DNA of 63,099 nt, counting the filler, from a candidate division NPL-UPA2 bacterium Unc8 (GTDB lineage Bacteria; NPL-UPA2), in the NCBI GenBank assembly GCA_003574845.1. It is 4 parts of 4 records of this genome, joined end to end, with 100 filler letters (N's around TTAATTAATTAA, not from the genome) between each part and the next. Parts side by side here need not be neighbours in the genome. Positions count along the whole stretch, not along the records: positions 1 to 26,317 come from NDHY01000011.1; 3 more parts are not named here. The stretch is one strand, 5' to 3'. This document shows positions 1 through 12,762 of this stretch, one piece after another (positions within the stretch are counted from its first letter, which is position 1; each line of letters opens with the position of its first letter). The position numbers and the translations under genes were made by a program. Under the pieces are notes generated by a model. That model saw only the letters and a list, made by a program, of their open reading frames with translations, searched no databases and was not told where the DNA came from.

Positions 1-33
1 TTCAGTTTTGAAACTTATTTTTTGATTGCTCAT
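1..33 (-). CDS. 5' end of an unidentified CDS running off the window (MSNQKISFKTE...)
   Basis: ATG at 33 (minus) preceded by an AGAGGA SD-like motif; frame open to window edge. Confidence 0.5.
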   Translation of the reverse strand, partial: MSNQKISFKTE

Positions 34-130
34 TATATCCTCTTTTAATAAACCCGCCGTTTCGCTTAACTTATTTCTATGCGAATTGAATGCATAATAT
101 TGACCTTTTGCTGTGTATTATGCGAATTGA

Positions 131-212
131 CGGAGGGCGAGGGACTCGAACCCCCATGGGCTTTCACCCGCCTGATTTCAAGTCAGGTGCCTTACCATTA
201 GACTAGCCCTCC
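131..212 (-). tRNA. tRNA-Ser(TGA), long variable arm, CCA not encoded (followed by TCA)
   Basis: Minus strand GGAGGGC...GCCCTCC-G acceptor; anticodon arm CCTGA-CTTGAAA-TCAGG; GGGT-GAAA-GCCC variable arm; TTCGAGT T loop. Confidence 0.95.
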
Positions 213-1483
213 AATATCTTATCCGCTCCTCCCATATAAGTCCTCAGGGGTTCCGGGATAGTAACGCTTCCGTCTGCCTGCTGGTAAGTTTCAAGGAAAG
301 CGACAACCATTCGTGCCAGGGCAACTCCTGAGCCGTTAAGAGTGTGAACATATTTTAATTTTCCGCCGCCTTCAGGTCGGTAGCGGATGCCTGCCCGCAT
401 GGCTTGAAAATCGGAAAAACTACTACAGGAAGAGACTTCCAGATACCGCCCTTCTCCGGCAGCCCAGACCTCAATATCATAACATCTGCTCGCCGCAAAG
501 CTCAATTCTGCGGTGCAGAGCCTGACAACCCGATAATGTAGTCCTAATAATTGTAACACTTCTTCAGCATCCTTAAGCAGCAATTCCAACTCATCTTCCG
601 AGGTCTCCGGTTTAACAAATTTGACGAGCTCTATCTTATCAAATTGATGTATTCGTATTAGCCCCTTTGTTTCCTTGCCATAAGAACCGGCTTCCCTGCG
701 AAAGCACGGCGTATAAGCACAGTAATAAAGGGGGAGTTCTGAGTCGCTTAAAACCTCGCCGACGTGTATGTTGGTGAGCGGAACCTCAGCGGTTGGGATG
801 AGAAAAAGGTCATCTTTTTCACAGATATACATATCATCTTCAAGAAGGGGGAGTTGCCCGGTTCCCGTCAGGCAGCCTCTTTTAACAATGAAAGGTGGAG
901 AGACTTCAATATAATTATGCTTTGTCGTATGTAAGTCCAGCATAAAGTTAATCAGCGCTCTTTCCAGCTTTGCCCCCAGGCCGTAGTAAAGAGCAAAGCC
1001 ACTTCCAGAGATTTTTGCCACACGCTCAAAATCAATAATTTTAAGGGACTTTGCAATTTCATAATGGGAGCGGGGCGCAAAATCAAACCTTGGCGGCTCT
1101 CCCCAGGAGCGCACCTCAACATTATCTTCGGAGCCATCACCTACGGGGACGGATTGGTGAGGTATGTTTGGGATAAGAATTGCAAGCTCTTCCTGCTCTC
1201 TTACTATTTCCTTTATGTTATTTTCCAATTCCTTGAACTCTTGAGAGGCTACTCTTATCTCAGCTATTTTTTTGTCTGCATCGGGAGCAGATGCTTGTTT
1301 GAGCTTCCCAACCTCTTCAGAGATAAGGTTACGCTGACGCCTTTGTTCTTCCACCTGCAGGAGCAGTTTTTTCTTTTCCTCATCCAGAACAAGAAGCTTA
1401 TCTATATCAACTTTCATTCCCCGATCACGCAGAGATTTCTTGACCACCTCCACATTCTCTCTGATGAATTTAATATCCAGCAT
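203..1483 (-). CDS. serS: Serine--tRNA ligase
   Basis: MLDIKFIREN start, coiled-coil arm, LIPTAEVP, FRREAGSYG, EVSSCS, HTLNGSGVA motifs; stop TAG lies inside tRNA-Ser. Confidence 0.98.
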   Translation of the reverse strand: MLDIKFIRENVEVVKKSLRDRGMKVDIDKLLVLDEEKKKLLLQVEEQRRQRNLISEEVGKLKQASAPDADKKIAEIRVASQEFKELENNIKEIVREQEELAILIPNIPHQSVPVGDGSEDNVEVRSWGEPPRFDFAPRSHYEIAKSLKIIDFERVAKISGSGFALYYGLGAKLERALINFMLDLHTTKHNYIEVSPPFIVKRGCLTGTGQLPLLEDDMYICEKDDLFLIPTAEVPLTNIHVGEVLSDSELPLYYCAYTPCFRREAGSYGKETKGLIRIHQFDKIELVKFVKPETSEDELELLLKDAEEVLQLLGLHYRVVRLCTAELSFAASRCYDIEVWAAGEGRYLEVSSCSSFSDFQAMRAGIRYRPEGGGKLKYVHTLNGSGVALARMVVAFLETYQQADGSVTIPEPLRTYMGGADKILEG

Positions 1484-1522
1484 GGTTACATTTTCCTCTC
1501 CAGGACTAACAGCCTACAGCCT

Positions 1523-2971
1523 TTATCCTTTAATTACTCCAAGGGGTTTCATTTTAGCTACTCTGCGGGAAATGCCTGCCTGGTGAACAACATCAATAAC
1601 ATCATTTATATCTTTATAAGCTTCAGGGAGCTCCTCGGCCAGGGTATTTCTCCCTTCTGTTCTTACTACAACTCCTTTTTTCTCCATCTCCTGATGAATC
1701 GCTCTTCCCTTTGCAGCTTTAATTGCTCTTGTGCGACTCATCACCCGACCGGCGCCATGACAGGTGCTGCCAAAGGTTTCAGTCATCGCCACCTCTGTTC
1801 CCACAAGAAGGTATGACGCTCTTCCCATATCCCCGGGAATAATCACCGGCTGACCACAGGCTTTATATCTTACCGGAAGCTCGGGGTGCCCTGGTGGGAA
1901 TGCTCGGGTTGCTCCCTTGCGATGGATAAAGAGTTTCTTTTTGGTTCCACCAACGGTATGTTCTTCAAATTTCCCGATGTTATGCGCTACATCATAAATT
2001 AAGCCCATCCCCAACTCACCCGGGGTGGCATCAAATACATTTGCAAAAATTTCCCTTGTCAGATGGAGCAGATATTGCCGATTAGCCCAGGCATAGTTTG
2101 CCGCCGCCGCCATTGCGGCAAAATAATCTTTTCCTTCGGGAGAATTAATGGGAACACAGGCGAGTTGTCTGTCCGGAAGTTCAATCCCATACTTATGAAC
2201 TGCTCCTCCGATTATCCGCAAATAGTCATCGCAGACCTGATAGCCAAGCCCCCGTGAGCCTGAATGAATCATTACTGTTATTGCCCCTTTTTCAATGCCA
2301 AAAACGCGGGCAATCTCAGGTTCATAAATTTCTTCCACAATTTGCACTTCAAGAAAATGATTACCCGAGCCAAGAGTCCCTTGCTGCTTGGCGCCTCTTT
2401 CCATTGCTCGCTGACTCACTTTTGTTGAATCCGCCCCGGCAAGCCGTCCTTTCTCCTCGGTGAACTCAATGTCCTCAGCAGTTCCATAGCCTCTTTCTAC
2501 CATCCATTGCGCTCCCTTATGCAGCACTTCTGCTCCTTCCCGGCGGTTTAATTTTAACTTTCCGCGTGAGCCAACGCCAGAGGGAATGCGGGAAAAGAGA
2601 GTCTCTATTAGCAATCTCATCTTATCTTTTATATCTTTTTCCCGCAAATTAGTCCGCAGCATCCGAACCCCACAATTTATGTCGTACCCGATTCCCCCGG
2701 GAGAGATGACTCCATCTTCAATATCAACCGCTGCCACCCCACCAATAGCAAAACCATAGCCCCAGTGAATGTCGGGCATAGCCAGAGAGTAGTTGACGAT
2801 GCCGGGGAGGTGAGCTACATTGACAACCTGTTTCAGCGGCTCTTCCTCCATTGCTTGCAATAGTTTCTCATTGGCATAGACCAGTCCCGGCACGCGCATA
2901 CCAGGAGCAAGGCTTTCCGGAATCCGCCAGCGATAATCATCAATTTTTTCTAAAGATTTTTTTTCTGCCAT
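1523..2971 (-). CDS. rtcB: RtcB RNA-splicing/repair ligase (long, archaeal-like form)
   Basis: MPDIHWGYGFAIGG, GYDINCGVR, GTLGSGNHFLE, HSGSRGLG, HRKGATRA, STCHGAGR, EELPEAYK motifs. Confidence 0.97.
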   Translation of the reverse strand: MAEKKSLEKIDDYRWRIPESLAPGMRVPGLVYANEKLLQAMEEEPLKQVVNVAHLPGIVNYSLAMPDIHWGYGFAIGGVAAVDIEDGVISPGGIGYDINCGVRMLRTNLREKDIKDKMRLLIETLFSRIPSGVGSRGKLKLNRREGAEVLHKGAQWMVERGYGTAEDIEFTEEKGRLAGADSTKVSQRAMERGAKQQGTLGSGNHFLEVQIVEEIYEPEIARVFGIEKGAITVMIHSGSRGLGYQVCDDYLRIIGGAVHKYGIELPDRQLACVPINSPEGKDYFAAMAAAANYAWANRQYLLHLTREIFANVFDATPGELGMGLIYDVAHNIGKFEEHTVGGTKKKLFIHRKGATRAFPPGHPELPVRYKACGQPVIIPGDMGRASYLLVGTEVAMTETFGSTCHGAGRVMSRTRAIKAAKGRAIHQEMEKKGVVVRTEGRNTLAEELPEAYKDINDVIDVVHQAGISRRVAKMKPLGVIKG

Positions 2972-2995
2972 TTTACTTATCGCCTCAGGAACAGC

Positions 2996-3412
2996 TTAAA
3001 CATCAAATATCACTTCAGTTTGATAGCCTGCTGTATTTTTTTCTATCCTCAGATTATGATAAGTAGCTGCTTTAATTTCGGTTTTTAATTTGTGGCGCTT
3101 CGGGTTGAACTTCTCACCCGATACCTCAACTGAAAGGCATTTGCTATTCACTTTTATAATCTTGAATTTGGCAGGAAGAAACTCTTTGCTCACAAAGAGG
3201 TAAATAAGTTCATTCAAGAAGCAAACAAGCAGTTCTTCTATGTCGGCTGCCTTGACGAACAGTGAATGTTTCAGCTTAGAATCAATTGCGCAAGACTCAA
3301 CCATTATGTCAAGCATAGCATAGGCAGCATTGATGAAAATGTCTTCTTTCCTCTTGCCAGAGATTCGAATACCTATGTCTGCGGTATGTTCAATGAGCTC
3401 ATAATTTTTCAC
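2996..3412 (-). CDS. Archease (RtcB activator)
   Basis: N-terminal EHTADIG and C-terminal EIKAATYH...FDV motifs; directly upstream of rtcB; start overlaps gyrA stop (GTGA). Confidence 0.95.
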   Translation of the reverse strand: MKNYELIEHTADIGIRISGKRKEDIFINAAYAMLDIMVESCAIDSKLKHSLFVKAADIEELLVCFLNELIYLFVSKEFLPAKFKIIKVNSKCLSVEVSGEKFNPKRHKLKTEIKAATYHNLRIEKNTAGYQTEVIFDV

Positions 3413-5901
3413 TTCTTGCTTTTCTTTTTTATTATTATTTTGTTACTCTTTTTCTGGCCATTATTCTTATTCTCTTCTTCTTCTTTGATTACTCTCACTA
3501 CGCCTACCACCCGATCATTGGGCTGCATTTTAATCAGTCTTACCCCGCGAGTATTGCGGCTCAGGATGCGGCGAGGGGTAGGTATCCTGATAGCTTTTCC
3601 TTGAGAACTAATAAGAATAACTTCATCGTCAATGCTTACTCCCTCAGTGCCAACAACGCGTCCATTGCGCTCTGAGGTATTGATATTAATTAAGCCTTTC
3701 CCCCCGCGATGCTGCAATCTGTATTCTGAGAACAAACTACGTTTTCCATATCCATTTTCAGTTACAGAAAGAATAGTGCCTTCTTCAGAGGCAATTTCCA
3801 TGCTGACGACCTTATCGTCAGAGGCAAGCCGAATCCCCCTCACTCCCCGCGCTGTTCGACCAACCACCCGCACCTCCTCTTCGGGAAATCTGATAGCTTT
3901 TCCTGAGGCTGTAGCGATGAAGAGCTTTTCGTTTCCAGAGGTCAGTTTAACATTCACCAGGTAATCGCCATCATCAAGATTAATGGCAATTATTCCGCCT
4001 TTCCTGATATGTCCATAGAGGGCAAGATTGACTCTTTTAATTACTGCCTGCTCTGTAACCATTACAATAAAACGCCCCTCATCAAAATTTCTTATTGGTA
4101 GGAGCGCAGTTACTTTTTCATCTGGATTAAGTTTGAGAAGATTAACAACTGCCATCCCCTTAGAAACTCTTCCTGCCTGAGGCAGCTCATACACCTTAAG
4201 ACGATGTACCCTTCCCTTATCGGTAAAAAACAGAAGGTTGTCATGAGTTGAGGCAATGAAAAGACCTGTGATAAAATCCTCATCCTTTGTAACAACTCCG
4301 ATTACTCCCGTCCCGCCACGTTGCTGCTGTCGATAGGTGGATACAGGAAGACGCTTGACATACCCGGCATGACTGATTGTAATTACCATATTTTCTTCGG
4401 CAATAAGGTCTTCAATTGAAAAATCCGCTCTTTCTTCCTGAATATCAGTCCTTCTCTTATCACCATATTTCTTTTTTACTTCTAAAAGCTCGTCTTTGAT
4501 AATGTCAAGGATTTGACGCGGGCTGGCAAGAATTCCCTGCAACCTCGCCATCTTTTTAATTAGCTCAATGTACTCATCGTTTATCTTCTGACGCTCCAGG
4601 CCGGTGAGACGCTGGAGTTTCATATCAAGTATTGCCTGCGCCTGCTCGCTGGTCAGTCTAAACTTGAGAATGAGCTTTTCGCGAGCCTCATCAACAGCAG
4701 CAGACTCTTTAATTGCCTTAACTACAGCGTCAAGATTGTCCAGCGCAATTCTCAGTCCTTCCAGGAGATGCGCTCTCTTTTCAGCCCTGGAGAGTTCATA
4801 TTGAGTGCGCCGCCGCACGACTTCCTGTCGGTGTTTAAGATACAGTTCAAGGCATTCTTTAAGATTCAGCAGGCGAGGACGACCATCACAGATAGCCAGC
4901 ATATTAACACCGATAAACGACTGCATCTGCGTATGTTTATACAGCTTATTGAGCACAATCTCACCATTCTCACCGCGACGAAGCTCTATCACAATGCGCA
5001 TGCCATCCTTGTCCGATTCATCTCGCAGTGCTGAAATTCCCTCAATTTTCTTTTCTTTCATCAGGGAAGCAATGTCCATCAGAAGATTTGCTTTATTTAC
5101 CTGATATGGAATTTCGGTAACGATGATTCTTTCTTTTCCGCCTTCTATCTCATCTATTGAAGCACGTCCCCAGAGCTTAATCTGCCCTTTTCCAGTTGCA
5201 TAGGCATCTTTTATTCCACTTTTTCCAAAGATGATACCGCCGGCAGGAAAGTCAGGCCCGGTAACTACTTCCCCTAACTCATCAATGCTCACTTCAGGCT
5301 CATCAATTAATCTCACCACTCCATCTACAACCTCGGATAGGTTATGAGGAGGGATGTTGGTAGCCACGCCCACGGCAATTCCAGAGGTGCCGTTCACCAG
5401 CAAATTTGGAATACGCGCAGGAAGAAATTTTGGCTCCTGAAGTGTGCCATCAAAGTTAGGGGTAAAATCAACCGTCTCCATCTCTATGTCAGCAAGGAGT
5501 GCCTCGCTCAACGGAGACATTCTCACCTCTGTATAACGCATTGCTGCGGCAGCATCTCCATCTACAGAGCCAAAGTTCCCTTGACCATCAATCATCGGAT
5601 AACGACAGGAAAAATTCTGTGCCATTCTTACCATAGAGTCATAGACGGCAGTATCCCCATGTGGATGATACTTTCCAAGAACCTCCCCAACCACACGCGC
5701 CGATTTCTTATAGGCACGATTACTCGCCATCCCTAAATCCTGCATTGCATACAGTATTCGCCGATGCACTGGCTTAAGCCCGTCTCGGACATCAGGAAGC
5801 GCTCTTCCCACGATGACACTCATTGCATAATCAAGATAAGACGCTTTCATCTCATCTTCAATGTAAACCGGCACTACTTTAGATTTTTCTTGTATAGCCA
5901 T
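3409..5901 (-). CDS. gyrA: DNA gyrase subunit A
   Basis: [30 protein letters not shown] catalytic Tyr, GyrA-box-like QQRGGTG, C-terminal pinwheel repeats. Confidence 0.98.
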   Translation of the reverse strand: MAIQEKSKVVPVYIEDEMKASYLDYAMSVIVGRALPDVRDGLKPVHRRILYAMQDLGMASNRAYKKSARVVGEVLGKYHPHGDTAVYDSMVRMAQNFSCRYPMIDGQGNFGSVDGDAAAAMRYTEVRMSPLSEALLADIEMETVDFTPNFDGTLQEPKFLPARIPNLLVNGTSGIAVGVATNIPPHNLSEVVDGVVRLIDEPEVSIDELGEVVTGPDFPAGGIIFGKSGIKDAYATGKGQIKLWGRASIDEIEGGKERIIVTEIPYQVNKANLLMDIASLMKEKKIEGISALRDESDKDGMRIVIELRRGENGEIVLNKLYKHTQMQSFIGVNMLAICDGRPRLLNLKECLELYLKHRQEVVRRRTQYELSRAEKRAHLLEGLRIALDNLDAVVKAIKESAAVDEAREKLILKFRLTSEQAQAILDMKLQRLTGLERQKINDEYIELIKKMARLQGILASPRQILDIIKDELLEVKKKYGDKRRTDIQEERADFSIEDLIAEENMVITISHAGYVKRLPVSTYRQQQRGGTGVIGVVTKDEDFITGLFIASTHDNLLFFTDKGRVHRLKVYELPQAGRVSKGMAVVNLLKLNPDEKVTALLPIRNFDEGRFIVMVTEQAVIKRVNLALYGHIRKGGIIAINLDDGDYLVNVKLTSGNEKLFIATASGKAIRFPEEEVRVVGRTARGVRGIRLASDDKVVSMEIASEEGTILSVTENGYGKRSLFSEYRLQHRGGKGLININTSERNGRVVGTEGVSIDDEVILISSQGKAIRIPTPRRILSRNTRGVRLIKMQPNDRVVGVVRVIKEEEENKNNGQKKSNKIIIKKKSKK

Positions 5902-5915
5902 TTTTCTCCATTTTT

Positions 5916-9572
<3,657 letters not shown>

Positions 9573-9602
9573 TTAAAATTATGACTAATAAAACTTTTGA
9601 CA

Positions 9603-9632
9603 ATTATCTCATATTATTACTGTATTCGTCAA
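9603..9632 (-). promoter_or_regulatory. Candidate sigma70 promoter for the gyrB operon
   Basis: TTGACG-18 nt-GATAAT with a TG extended -10, upstream of the gyrB GTG. Confidence 0.45.
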
Positions 9633-9720
9633 CAAAATCTGTTGCGTCCCTGAAAAAAGACAATTGGCATATAATCTGCTAAAATACTTAATTACAGAAT
9701 ATAAAAGATAAGGACAGAAG

Positions 9721-12700
9721 TTGGATTTTCCTCGCATTCTAACAGTGGCGGCATCGGCAGGCTCCGGCAAGACCTATGCTCTATCCGAGAGGTATACGAC
9801 GCTTCTTCTTGAGCCCACCATAGGAGCTCTCCCGCGCAACATCCTGGCGATTACTTTTACGAAGGCGGCAACAGAAGAGATGAAAGGCAGGATAATCTCT
9901 TCCCTTAAAGAAACAGCGTTGAGTAACTCTCCCATTAGGCGCTCCGCCAACGAAAAGGTAGAAGAACTTCTTATTAAATACTCAGACTTTAAAGTGCAAA
10001 CCATTGATTCTTTTTTAGCGGCAATAGTTAAGTCTTCTGCGCTGGAATTGGGTCTCTCCCCACAGCTTGAAGTAATTCCCGAATCTATCTCTCACCTCAA
10101 TCTTGTTCTTGATGAGCTTTTCTCGCATATCCGACCGGGCTCACAGGGAAAGGATAAAGAAATAACAGGTCGTTTTCTCTCACTTCTCAATGAATTGCTT
10201 CAAACAGACCCGGAAATTGGCTGGGACATAAGGCAAGTAATATTGAAAAATATCAGTGAGTTGAAACAGAGAACCTCAAGAGGACAAAGATTAAAAGAAA
10301 TGTTCTCTTATGAGGATGCGGCAAGAAAACGGAAGGAGATAAAAAAATCCATCAAGGCTTTTCTCAACGATTACGGAGATGTACTTATTTTCAAAGAGCA
10401 CTTTACTCGTGCCGCTCACAGATTGCTTAAGGAAAAAGAATTTCAGCCCTGGGAGAGCAAGATGCTCTTGAAAGAAAGTATAACGGAGCTTTGCAAGAAA
10501 AACTCTCTCACCTCAGGCATCCCTCAGGAAGAGTGGGAAGGAATCCAGAGAAATATCTCTTCTCTTGCCGAAATAACGGCGCATTGTCATTTTGCCCCGT
10601 TTGTCAGCTTTTTTACCCTGTTTGAAGAAACAATGAGAGCGCTTAAAAACCGCCAGCGCATTGTTTTTGTTGAAGAGCTAAGTGCTCAGCTTAAAGCATT
10701 TCTTACTGCAGGCGGAGCAGTGCCGGAGATTTATTTTCATCTTGGCGACAGGATTTCTCATTTCCTCATAGATGAATTTCAGGATACAAGCCGCCTCCAG
10801 TGGGAAAGCCTCTTTCCCCTTATTGAAGAAGCACTATCCAGAGGCGGCTCGCTCTTTTATGTCGGAGATAAAAAGCAGTCTATCTATGGCTTCAGAGGAG
10901 GAGAAAGCGCTCTCTTTAATGAGGCGAAAGGTGCCTTTCCAAGCGTAGAGAAGGAAAATATTGAGGAAAGATTCCCGGAGATAAATTACCGTAGTCGCAA
11001 AAACATCATTTCTTTCATCAATAAAACCTTCTCTATTGAAAACCTTACCCTGTGGACGGAGCACTCCGGGATAAGTGAGCAGCTCCCCGAATTCTCTGTC
11101 GTAACCTATGCCCACTCCAGGCAAAAAGCTTTCCGGGGAAAGGAAGGGGGATTGGTCAGGGTAGAAAAAATCTCTCCCGGAGAACCTTTAGGAAGAGAGG
11201 AGCTGGATACAAAGCTCGGAGAGCGCCTCATTGAGTTGATTCGGGACGATATAACTCACCGTTTTTCTCCACGAGACATTGCCATACTGGTCAGAAAAAA
11301 TACCGAGGTGTCCTGGATAACCAGAACCCTGAGTAGCGTCGGCATACCAATAGCTTCCGAGAAAACACTTAATATCTCTTCAAACTGTCTGGTGCAGGAA
11401 ATAATTAGCCTGCTGACATTTCTGAACTCTCCTCCCGATAATCTTTCGTTTGCCTGCTTCATATCGGGAGATGTTTTTCTTAAGGCAACCGCCCTTACTC
11501 GTGAAGATATTTTCTCCTTTCTGCTCCACAATCGCAAAAGCAGGAGCCCTCTCTATGTCACCTTCCGAGACACATTCCCTGAGGTATGGGAAAAATTCTT
11601 AGCGGAATGCTTTCAGGCAGTCGGGTTTCTGCCTCCGTACGACCTCCTCTGTCGTATCTTTAGAGGATACGATGTATTTCAAAATTTCCCTGACGATGAG
11701 GGGTTTTTTTATCAGCTTCTTGAGGCAATTAAGATAAGTGAAGGAGAAGGAAATTGCACTCTTGAGGCATTTCTTAACCTCTGGCACTCCGGCGAAGAAA
11801 AAAAAGAAGGCTTCCAGGTTATTTTGCCTGAATATACCGATGCCATCAAAGTAATGACAATTCACAAGGCAAAGGGGCTGGGTTTCCCGGTAGTGATTAT
11901 TCCATTTGCCTATCTGGATAATAAATCAATTCAGGAGGTTTATGGTGAAGAAAGAGACAGCTTCATTCCCTATCGCCTGCGACGAAATTATATGAGCGCC
12001 TCTCCGATGCTTAAAAAACTTTACCGGGAAGAGCTTACCATGCAACTGCTAAATGAAATAAATGCTTTTTATGTCGCTGTGAGCCGTGCCGAGAGCGAGC
12101 TTTACATCTTTCTGCCTGAATATAGGAGCATGGCAGGGAAGCTTCTCCCGCCGATTATTACCACAGAATCAGTGCTGGAATCAGGCTGTCCGCTTTCTCT
12201 CACCGCACCGACTCCTAAAAAAAAGAAAGTGCCTCCTTCCCCTGCTCACATCAGCGAGTGGCAGGAGAAACTTCACCGCACCCATATCAAGGAGCATGAA
12301 CTAACTCCTTTTAGGGGAAAAGGAGCTCGGGAAAGAGGGATTTTTACTCACAAATTTTTAGCCAGAATAATAAAGCTATCTAAAAACTGGGAAGAGGAAA
12401 TAGAAGAACTCCTCCCTCAGTTAGCCGAAGGAGAGAAAGAAATAGTTCCACTCACAAAGCGCCTTCTCGGCAAAAAGGAATTTAAAAGGTGGTTTTTTCT
12501 CCCGGACGATGTTCAGGTCTTTTGCGAAAAAGAGATAGTGGACACCTACGGCGCAGCTCATCGAGTAGACCGCCTGTTAGTATCTGTGAGGAGCGCCGTG
12601 GTTATTGAATTTAAGTACGGGGAACCGCGCTCTGATGAACACAAAGAGCAGGTAATTACTTATCTGAAACTTTTGGATGAGGTCTTCCCGGATAAAAATA

Positions 12701-12762
12701 TTGAAGGCTGGCTGGTCTATGTAGATGAGATGAAACAGGAAAAAATTTTATGGGCAGGATAA
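9721..12762 (+). CDS. addA: AddA-like UvrD-family helicase with C-terminal PD-(D/E)XK nuclease
   Basis: ASAGSGKT, ITFT, IDEFQDT, VGDKKQSIYGFRG, NYRS, MTIHKAKGL, YVAVSRA; C-terminal RVDRL...IEFKYG. Confidence 0.85.
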   Translation: MDFPRILTVAASAGSGKTYALSERYTTLLLEPTIGALPRNILAITFTKAATEEMKGRIISSLKETALSNSPIRRSANEKVEELLIKYSDFKVQTIDSFLAAIVKSSALELGLSPQLEVIPESISHLNLVLDELFSHIRPGSQGKDKEITGRFLSLLNELLQTDPEIGWDIRQVILKNISELKQRTSRGQRLKEMFSYEDAARKRKEIKKSIKAFLNDYGDVLIFKEHFTRAAHRLLKEKEFQPWESKMLLKESITELCKKNSLTSGIPQEEWEGIQRNISSLAEITAHCHFAPFVSFFTLFEETMRALKNRQRIVFVEELSAQLKAFLTAGGAVPEIYFHLGDRISHFLIDEFQDTSRLQWESLFPLIEEALSRGGSLFYVGDKKQSIYGFRGGESALFNEAKGAFPSVEKENIEERFPEINYRSRKNIISFINKTFSIENLTLWTEHSGISEQLPEFSVVTYAHSRQKAFRGKEGGLVRVEKISPGEPLGREELDTKLGERLIELIRDDITHRFSPRDIAILVRKNTEVSWITRTLSSVGIPIASEKTLNISSNCLVQEIISLLTFLNSPPDNLSFACFISGDVFLKATALTREDIFSFLLHNRKSRSPLYVTFRDTFPEVWEKFLAECFQAVGFLPPYDLLCRIFRGYDVFQNFPDDEGFFYQLLEAIKISEGEGNCTLEAFLNLWHSGEEKKEGFQVILPEYTDAIKVMTIHKAKGLGFPVVIIPFAYLDNKSIQEVYGEERDSFIPYRLRRNYMSASPMLKKLYREELTMQLLNEINAFYVAVSRAESELYIFLPEYRSMAGKLLPPIITTESVLESGCPLSLTAPTPKKKKVPPSPAHISEWQEKLHRTHIKEHELTPFRGKGARERGIFTHKFLARIIKLSKNWEEEIEELLPQLAEGEKEIVPLTKRLLGKKEFKRWFFLPDDVQVFCEKEIVDTYGAAHRVDRLLVSVRSAVVIEFKYGEPRSDEHKEQVITYLKLLDEVFPDKNIEGWLVYVDEMKQEKILWAG

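Noticed and set aside
131-212. Possible tRNA-Sec next to serS
   Set aside because: Anticodon reads TGA (Ser), not TCA, and the acceptor stem is the ordinary 7 bp.
203-2971. Idea that RtcB re-ligates serS mRNA after tRNA excision
   Set aside because: RNase P leaves 5'-phosphate/3'-OH ends, which RtcB does not join.
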